This document shows positions 57,372 through 64,000 of a DNA stretch of 64,000 bases, piece after piece. The DNA is taken from NCBI GenBank assembly GCA_937873135.1, contig CALMVQ010000037.1:2487-66486 (forward strand), given 5' to 3'. This DNA comes from an uncultured Scytonema sp. (GTDB taxonomy: Bacteria; Cyanobacteriota; Cyanobacteriia; Cyanobacteriales; Nostocaceae). The translations under genes were made by a program, and so were the position numbers. A model generated the notes under the pieces. That model saw only the letters and a program-made list of their open reading frames with translations. It had not been told where the DNA came from and made no database searches. Position 1 is the stretch's first letter; every line of letters starts with the position of its first letter.

Positions 57372-59324
57372 ATGGTATCTACTCCTCCTTCTCAGGGTTC
57401 ATCAGGTCAATATGAAGTTGCTGATCCACAAAATAAAGTTGAGTCACTCGTTGTCGCTGAGTCAAAACAAGAGGATAGTGAACTAAATCTAGAGTTTTTA
57501 TATACTAGAGATATCGAGTTTCGTCAAGAAACTATTTATTTTATTATTGTTGACCGTTTCTGTGATGGTGAAGAAGATAATAATGAAGGTCCGAACCCAG
57601 AACTTTACGATCCCGAACAAAAGGATTGGGGAAGATATTGGGGTGGGGATCTGCAGGGAGTTATTGATAAACTCGACTACTTAAAAAACATGGGAGTGAC
57701 AGCAGTTTGGCTGAATCCCTTGTTTGAGCAAGTTGAGGCATTATTTGTTTCACAAGCGGCAATTCATGGTTACTGGACAAAGGATTTTAAAAGAATTAAT
57801 CCTCGGTTGATTGGCAAAGACGAAGAATCTTCTCTCAACAAAACTCAAGATACCAGGAATACAACCTTTGATAGGTTGATTGATGAATTGCACAAACGGC
57901 AGATGAAATTGGTGCTAGATATTGTCTGCAATCACAGCAACCCAGATTTTAGCGGCAAGAAGGGTGAACTGTACGACGACGGAGTAAAAATTGCTGATTT
58001 CAACAATGATGTCAATGACTGGTATCACCACTATGGGCAAGTCACAAATTGGGAAGATGAGTGGCAGGTACAAAATTGTGAATTGTCTGGTTTAGCTACT
58101 TTCAATGAAAACAATCCCGAATACCGAGATTATATTAAATCTGCTATCAAGCAATGGCTAGATCGAGGGGTGGATGCGTTAAGGGTTGATACCGTTAAGC
58201 ATATGCCTATTTGGTTTTGGCAAGAATTCAACGCTGACATTATCAAGCATAAACCTGACGTTTTTATCATGGGAGAGTGGATTTACAGCAATCCCCAAGA
58301 TGATCTTTCGGTTGAATTTGCCAATGAATCTGGCATGACAATTCTCGACTTTGGGTTTGCAACTGCAATTCGGTTAGCGTTAGGGCAATACGCACCGGAG
58401 GGATTTCATTTGGTTCAGGATGTCCTAAACCTGGATCATCGCTACTACGGGGCAACGGAGCTGATCACGTTTGTTGATAATCATGATATGCATCGGTTCC
58501 AAACGTTGAACTCTAATCCAGAACTGTTGCGTTTGGCGATTGTCGTTATTATGACATCTCGTGGTATTCCCTGTATTTTTTACGGCACTGAGCAGTATTT
58601 GCACAACGATACCAATTGGGATAACAATCCCTACGGTAACAACGATCCCTATAACCGTCCAATGATGGAAAAATGGGATACTCACGCGCCTCTTTATCGG
58701 GATATTCGATTACTCTCAGGTTTGCGACGACTGAATCCATCCATATCAATGGGGAGTCAGTGGCAAAAGTATCTCACTCCGGACATCTATTGCTATGTCA
58801 GGCGTTATCGTGAATCATGCTGTTTCGTGGCTATGAATCGAGGTGAGGCTGTCACACTTGATACGGTTGAGACAGAGTTACCTAACGGAGAACACACTTG
58901 TATTTTAACACGACGCAAGTTTGAGGTACAAGATGGAAAACTGCAAAACTTACAATTAGAGGCAAGGGATGCGATCGTTCTCAGCCATGTTGGTGAACGG
59001 GTTAAAGGACAAACGATTGTACGGGTGCAACTTAATAGCGTTGAGACAAAGCCAGGTGAAATCGTTGTCGTTATGGGAGATTGTCCGGAGTTAGGTAACT
59101 GGGATATTGCTAAAGCTTTTCCACTGGAATATATCAATACCAGTACCTGGTTTGGGGAAATTCCTTTTAATGAAAGTGTTGGCAAGCTAATTTCTTACAA
59201 ATATGCCCTGTGGCGCGAAGGTAAATCGCCGTTGCGAGAAAATCTGGTTGCACGTCGTTGGGTGATCGCTAATGAAGGTACAGTGAAATGGCGAGATAAA
59301 TGGGCCTCAGGGCGTGAGTCTTGA
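57372..59324 (+). CDS. GH13 alpha-amylase-family enzyme with a C-terminal CBM20 starch-binding domain
   Basis: GH13 regions DIVCNHS, GVDALRVDTVKHM, IMGEW and FVDNHDM are present. The C-terminal GNWD...W pattern is CBM20-like. Confidence 0.85.
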   Translation: MVSTPPSQGSSGQYEVADPQNKVESLVVAESKQEDSELNLEFLYTRDIEFRQETIYFIIVDRFCDGEEDNNEGPNPELYDPEQKDWGRYWGGDLQGVIDKLDYLKNMGVTAVWLNPLFEQVEALFVSQAAIHGYWTKDFKRINPRLIGKDEESSLNKTQDTRNTTFDRLIDELHKRQMKLVLDIVCNHSNPDFSGKKGELYDDGVKIADFNNDVNDWYHHYGQVTNWEDEWQVQNCELSGLATFNENNPEYRDYIKSAIKQWLDRGVDALRVDTVKHMPIWFWQEFNADIIKHKPDVFIMGEWIYSNPQDDLSVEFANESGMTILDFGFATAIRLALGQYAPEGFHLVQDVLNLDHRYYGATELITFVDNHDMHRFQTLNSNPELLRLAIVVIMTSRGIPCIFYGTEQYLHNDTNWDNNPYGNNDPYNRPMMEKWDTHAPLYRDIRLLSGLRRLNPSISMGSQWQKYLTPDIYCYVRRYRESCCFVAMNRGEAVTLDTVETELPNGEHTCILTRRKFEVQDGKLQNLQLEARDAIVLSHVGERVKGQTIVRVQLNSVETKPGEIVVVMGDCPELGNWDIAKAFPLEYINTSTWFGEIPFNESVGKLISYKYALWREGKSPLRENLVARRWVIANEGTVKWRDKWASGRES

Positions 59325-59529
59325 TTTAGCTACTGGAGTGTCAAAAATGCTTGGATTGTAGGCAATAAGCATTTCAGAATGGTTTGTTTATTTCCGCGCC
59401 TGGTATACTAATCAGATTTTTTAGGGGTTGGGAGAAACCCCTTCAACTACTATCAGCTTTTTGCTGACAACTGACAGAACTTGGCAAAAATTAAAAGTGA
59501 GCCAGCGCGATCTTGGGGGTTTCCCCCAT

Positions 59530-59566
59530 GAGTGCCTTTTAAACCCGGAGGGTTTAAAAGGCACTC
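59530..59566. repeat. 17-bp-stem palindrome GAGTGCCTTTTAAACCC-gga-GGGTTTAAAAGGCACTC
   Basis: Perfect arms, immediately left of the family C repeat. Confidence 0.7.
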
Positions 59567-59567
59567 A

Positions 59568-59732
59568 TAAAGAAAAAGAAAAAACGGTTTCAAGCCCCCA
59601 AATCGATGGAAAACCAAAAAATATTTTTTTAAGGGGACACATAGTGCGAGCAAAAAAGGTGAGCGTAAGATCCCCTAATTTTAATGATGGGGATTCTCTT
59701 TTTACTTTTTACTTTTTACTTTTTACTTTTTA
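59568..59732 (+). mobile_element. Repeat/MITE, family C, ending in a (TTTTTAC)n heptamer tract
   Basis: Inverted copy of 21438..21590. Confidence 0.7.
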
Positions 59733-59739
59733 AGGCTAT

Positions 59740-60558
59740 CTATCTTCCAAGCTGAGTTAGCAACTGCCGAATGACTGTCGCATCTCGAGCATTGGGCACT
59801 TTTGCTAGATAAGTTTCTAAGTCGTTTGCAGCTTGAGAAAAGCGACCAAGTTGGTAACAGACAATACCTCGATCGCGCAATTCTAACTCCGCATTGGGAA
59901 ACAGCAGTAAAATTCGTTCAATTGCTGCTAGTGTTTTCTCTAATTTTTGTCGTTGAAGGTATTTACTCTTCAGATTAGTTAGCATCCGTGCCAAAAATTG
60001 TCTATGAGTCACTGTTGCTAAAAATTCTGGTTGTAGCGTTACTGGTTGCTGATAAATTTGATTAAGCTTTTCCTGGCAATCTTGTGCAAACAAGATCTCG
60101 CCACGATTGAAGGCGTCAACAAAAATATCCATTTCCTCAATGTCAGGGCGGATCAAGAAATGTCCTGGCATTCCAACTCCCACCATCGGAAAATTAATCC
60201 GACGAGCAATTTCCAGGTAAATCAGCGATAGGGTAATGGGTATCCCCAGTCGGCGATCAATCACTTCATTCAAAAAGCTGTTACGAGGATCGTCGTATCC
60301 TTTCTGATTGCCAGCAAATCCTAAGTCATCGAACAGATACTGATTGAGAGTCTGAATGACACGCAGAGGATACCGATGTGATGGCAAGCGTTCTTCAGCT
60401 TCCACTGCCATTGTTTCTAAGGCGTTAAGGTATTCATCAGGTTCTAAGTCGGGATATTCTTCTTGTGCAATGTACAAAGCCGCCTTTGCTAGATCGATAC
60501 ACTCATCAGGCTGCTGGATCTCTTGGTAAAAAAGTTGCCGTGCTGACGAGAAATTCAT
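59740..60558 (-). CDS. SirB1/transglutaminase-like N-terminal domain plus TPR protein
   Basis: 272 aa. Contains IPITLSLIYLEIARRINFPMVGVGMPGHFL (a UPF0162/SirB1-like core) and a C-terminal TPR region. Confidence 0.7.
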   Translation of the reverse strand: MNFSSARQLFYQEIQQPDECIDLAKAALYIAQEEYPDLEPDEYLNALETMAVEAEERLPSHRYPLRVIQTLNQYLFDDLGFAGNQKGYDDPRNSFLNEVIDRRLGIPITLSLIYLEIARRINFPMVGVGMPGHFLIRPDIEEMDIFVDAFNRGEILFAQDCQEKLNQIYQQPVTLQPEFLATVTHRQFLARMLTNLKSKYLQRQKLEKTLAAIERILLLFPNAELELRDRGIVCYQLGRFSQAANDLETYLAKVPNARDATVIRQLLTQLGR

Positions 60559-60874
60559 ACGCTATTGCTGAGTGCAGAGTTTATCAAAAAAGTCAAGTTA
60601 TGCCTCACCCAAACGGGAGATCATCTCTTTGCGAAATCGCATAGATCCTAAGTGTAGAACATATTTAGTTAAACGGCATGGAACTGCTCTCTTTGCATTC
60701 AAGCAAGGGGGGCACTTTTTTATCCAGGACTCACGCACTCTCAAGCCTGAAACCTCGATCCCCTTCCAGCATGTCTAAACGCGGATTCGGATCCCTATGA
60801 TTTTCGGTCAGGAATAATAGTCGTTTTTTGTTTCCAAGCGGTTACATTTAAGTATGTAGGTACAAATAAAGCTA

Positions 60875-60973
60875 ACTAGTACCGCAAGGCGTTCGTCAAA
60901 AGTCAAAAGTATTATGGAATATGCTTTTTAGGGATTTTAAATGGTTGCTCTATTTACGCCCTAGAGTACTAGT
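60875..60973 (+). mobile_element. MITE, family A2 (ACTAGT TIRs, AAAAGTC heptamers), 99 bp
   Basis: ACTAGTACCGCAAGGCGTTCGTCAAAAGTCAAAAG...TATTTACGCCCTAGAGTACTAGT. Confidence 0.8.
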
Positions 60974-61042
60974 TAGGGCAGAATATTTCTGTTGATGGTA
61001 GTTTGGCTTGATTTGGAGCTTTCTTACTTAAAGATAAAGTCT

Positions 61043-62419
61043 ATGGAAACCGCAGATGTGATTGTAATTGGGAGCGGTCAAGGTGGTGTTCCCTTGGCTG
61101 CTGATTTTGCAAAGCAAGGACGTAAAGTCATTTTATTTGAACGGGATGCTTTAGGTGGGAGTTGTATCAATTACGGCTGCACCCCCTCTAAGGCATTCTT
61201 AGCTGCAGCCCATTCAGCAGGTCGATCTCGCAAAGCCAAGAATTTAGGCATTCACGTACAGGTAGAGGTTGACTTCCCGGCAGTCATGGAACGAGTGCGC
61301 GGGATTCGCCATAGCTTTAATCAAGGTGTCACAAAGCGTTTGGATAGTGCAGGTGTGAAAGTGGTGTGTGCCGACGCCTCATTTAGTGGCGATCGCACAA
61401 TTACGGGCGGTGAGGTTACGGTTCAGGCTCCCTTAGTTGTGATTAATACTGGTACATCGTCATTGATTCCTGACATTCCCGGTTTATCAGGGACACCTTA
61501 TCTTACTAACCGTAACTTCTTTGATTTGCAAGAATTGCCCAAACGTCTGCTGGTTGTGGGAGGTGGGTACATTGCGCTGGAATTGGGACAGGGGGCTGCC
61601 CGTTTGGGAATGCAAACTCAGATAATTGTGCGGGGCGATCGCATCTTGAGTCAAGAAGAGTCGGATGTGAGTGACACTCTGCTTGAAGCATTCCAGCAAG
61701 ACGGTATTCAACTTCATTTTCACGTCAACGTTGAGCAGGTAATACACAAAGATGGGATATTCACCGTTAAACTGAGCAATGGTCAAGAACTCCAAGGTGA
61801 AGCCTTACTAATTGCCACCGGACGCAAACCTAACACCAGTAATCTTAACTGTGCTGCCACTGGTGTTGAGTTAGACCAACACGGTTACGTCAAAATTAAT
61901 GAGCAGTTTCAAACAACCAATCCTGGAGTCTACGCCATTGGCGATGTTGCCAAACAACCAGCATTTACGCATGTGTCTTGGGAAGACTATCGACGCCTAA
62001 AGGCAATTTTGTGCGGCGAAAACCGGACTCGTAACGACCGGGTACTTGGTTATGCCGTTTATACAGAACCCCAAGTCGGACGAGTCGGAATGACTTTAGA
62101 ACAAGCATTAGAGAAGGGAATTAATGCCCGTGCTGTTATCCTACCTATGAGTTCTATTGCCCGCGCTATTGAGTGGGGGCACGACCTTGGCTTTTACCGC
62201 TTGGTTGTTGACCAAGATACTGATAAGATTTTGGGAGCAACACTGGTAGGTTACGAAACGGCTGAGATCGTACACGTGTTTTTGTCCTTGATGGAAGCAG
62301 GAGCTACGTGGCAATTGTTAGAGCAGTCCGTTCATATCCATCCTACTTATGGTGAAGCTTTACCAAGTTTGGCACGGTTGCTAATTGGGCAAGATCTGCC
62401 GAATTGTCCTAATATGTGA
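61043..62419 (+). CDS. FAD-dependent pyridine nucleotide-disulfide oxidoreductase (MerA/Lpd-like)
   Basis: FAD motif VIGSGQGG, redox disulfide GGSCINYGCTPSK, NAD motif VVGGGYIALE, and a C-terminal HIHPTYGE dimerisation motif. Confidence 0.85.
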   Translation: METADVIVIGSGQGGVPLAADFAKQGRKVILFERDALGGSCINYGCTPSKAFLAAAHSAGRSRKAKNLGIHVQVEVDFPAVMERVRGIRHSFNQGVTKRLDSAGVKVVCADASFSGDRTITGGEVTVQAPLVVINTGTSSLIPDIPGLSGTPYLTNRNFFDLQELPKRLLVVGGGYIALELGQGAARLGMQTQIIVRGDRILSQEESDVSDTLLEAFQQDGIQLHFHVNVEQVIHKDGIFTVKLSNGQELQGEALLIATGRKPNTSNLNCAATGVELDQHGYVKINEQFQTTNPGVYAIGDVAKQPAFTHVSWEDYRRLKAILCGENRTRNDRVLGYAVYTEPQVGRVGMTLEQALEKGINARAVILPMSSIARAIEWGHDLGFYRLVVDQDTDKILGATLVGYETAEIVHVFLSLMEAGATWQLLEQSVHIHPTYGEALPSLARLLIGQDLPNCPNM

Positions 62420-62859
62420 GCAGAAATGTTTCTATGACCAAACACAAAAGATGTAGCGCAAAAATTCATTTATGTTGCAAAAGCGCAATGTTAGCGACGC
62501 TCGCAGCCTCTTCGCTACTGAGAAGGGAGACTTGGAGAGCTTTTATTATGTCTAATTAGATTGACTTTATATGAGTTAGCATTGACCGCGGACGTATGAC
62601 GTTTGTTTTTAACAGCCATAATTACAGACAGAAGTTTGCACACAACAACACAAGAAATAATATTAACTAATGTTAATATCATTGCATCTATGAGAGTCAT
62701 AAAGAATTCCCCTTTGATTAATTTGTACTGAGAATTTTGAGTGAGGAAAAATTCATCAAACCGATTAAAAGCAACATTTTGAGTTTCTTGTAGCTGAAGG
62801 TACGTTGCTTTTAATTTCGGTTTCCATGTTTACACATTTAAGTGTTCCATCAATAACTT

Positions 62860-64000
62860 CTACATAATGACCTTCTCCCGCTCGGCAAGCGGTTTGCGGT
62901 AACGCTCGATTAAGTCATTCCACTGCACGACGATAGTGCTTCCCTTCTTTTCCTGTTGCTCTTCCCAGATTGACAAAAAGTCAAGGCAGGTGTGATCGAT
63001 GTATCTGAGCATCTGCAAATGAAGATGAATTTCTTTCCCTGGGGAAATTTGCTCAAGGACTTTAGCAAGCTGAGGTAGCCGAATAAACGTCGCCACTCCC
63101 TCTAGATACACGTTAATCCGTTGGTTGTTTTCATCTGGAAGGACATGGATAGAGAGGTGGGAAACTTTGTAGATGAGCTTGATTGCTGACAGCACAAGAC
63201 CGAGTAGCACGCCAAAGAGTAGGTCTTCAGCAAGAATTCCACCTAAAGTAGCAAAGTAGATGAACACGGGGATACGCCCGTATTGTTGCAGCTTGCGGAT
63301 ATTCTCAACTTTCACTAGCTTATAGCCTGTGACGACTAGAATTGCCGCGAGGCAGGAGGTGGGAATTAAATTTAGTAACGAAGGCGCAACGGCAACAAAA
63401 GCTAACAGCCACACGCCATGAAAAATCGCAGATACTCGGGTTTTAGCTCCTGCTTCCAAGTTCACAGAACTACGGGCAATCACACCTGTCATCGGTAGCG
63501 CTCCCAGCAAGCCACAAATCATGTTGCCAACGCCTTGGGCTACCAGTTCGCGGTCAAAATTAGTTTTTGAATCGTGCTGAAGTCTATCCACCGCTACAGC
63601 TGAGAGTAAGCTTTCTGCACTGGCGATGAAGGCGATCGCCATCGCTTCCATGAGCAATGATGGCTTCAAGAGACTGATCAAGTTCTCTAGCTTTGGGAAG
63701 TGAATCGTACTGACAAGATTATCGGGTACATTGACGTACTGAACAGGCAACTTCATCACAGTGGCGATCGCAGTTACGATCACAACAGCAACAAGGGAGC
63801 CTGGGAGCAATCTTAATCTTTTTGGCTTGAACTTATTCCACACGAGGAGCGTGACAATGGTAATTAGACCGACAATGCCTGCAATGAGATGGTTGCCGCC
63901 TTGAGGAGAAAAGATTACGTTGTAGAACTCGCTAGGAATAGAAAGTAGGTTATTGATTCCGTGTGCCTTGGGCTTGCTGTCAAACATGACATGGAATTGA
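62860..64000 (-). CDS. SulP-family anion permease with a C-terminal STAS domain; N-terminus beyond the window end
   Basis: The frame stays open past the ATG at 63987 to the window edge. A hydrophobic core is followed by a STAS-like IDHTCLDFL segment. Confidence 0.8.
   Translation of the reverse strand, partial: QFHVMFDSKPKAHGINNLLSIPSEFYNVIFSPQGGNHLIAGIVGLITIVTLLVWNKFKPKRLRLLPGSLVAVVIVTAIATVMKLPVQYVNVPDNLVSTIHFPKLENLISLLKPSLLMEAMAIAFIASAESLLSAVAVDRLQHDSKTNFDRELVAQGVGNMICGLLGALPMTGVIARSSVNLEAGAKTRVSAIFHGVWLLAFVAVAPSLLNLIPTSCLAAILVVTGYKLVKVENIRKLQQYGRIPVFIYFATLGGILAEDLLFGVLLGLVLSAIKLIYKVSHLSIHVLPDENNQRINVYLEGVATFIRLPQLAKVLEQISPGKEIHLHLQMLRYIDHTCLDFLSIWEEQQEKKGSTIVVQWNDLIERYRKPLAEREKVIM

Noticed and set aside
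1-64000. rRNA, tRNA, tmRNA, RNase P, riboswitch or CRISPR features
   Set aside because: I recognised none while reading the intergenic regions. This is a by-eye negative and should be confirmed with tRNAscan-SE or Infernal.

Overview
This window looks like a chromosomal segment of a filamentous, heterocyst-forming (Nostocales-type) cyanobacterium. The evidence is an Anabaena/Nostoc-type NtcA, HIP1 octamers (GCGATCGC) throughout, STRR-like heptamer repeats and several MITE families.

Gene content, in order:
- A sulfonate-sulfur locus in two parts: a partial ssuA paralog plus an NfsA-like reductase at 1..1598, and ssuB, an sfnB-like gene, ssuA, ssuC, ssuD and ssuE at 19.3..25.6 kb.
- Between those parts, an accessory stretch: an MFS transporter, a Uma2 nuclease, a histidine kinase / NtrC-type enhancer-binding protein / RpoN (sigma-54) operon, a divergent membrane-anchored repeat protein, an ArsB/NhaD-type permease, a ROCO (LRR-Roc-COR) GTPase fused to a CHAT protease, a nest of MITEs, and a GAF-GAF-PAS histidine kinase.
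- A pstSCAB phosphate transporter.
- A Septu-like ATPase/HNH pair split by an IS element.
- Housekeeping genes: a yqgF-like nuclease, ntcA, fabI, hisB, folP, tpiA, a plant-type ferredoxin, a GH13-CBM20 amylase, a SulP permease and others.

The most interesting signal is the sigma-54 cassette at 4543..8706. To my knowledge cyanobacteria are regarded as lacking rpoN and bEBPs. Three intergenic, correctly oriented -24/-12 (TGGCAY-N5-TTGC) promoter matches lie within 7 kb of it, at 1912, 8768 and 9834.

Other notable observations:
- A ROCO-CHAT gene whose start codon lies inside a MITE and which is bracketed by inverted MITE copies.
- A small membrane-protein gene cleanly split by a MITE at an ACTAGT site.
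- An IS insertion with 25-bp terminal inverted repeats (TIRs) and an 8-bp target duplication that cuts the 3' end off the PtuA-like ATPase gene and separates it from the PtuB-like gene.

I did not recognise any rRNA, tRNA or CRISPR array. All motif scanning was by eye, so matches may have been missed.
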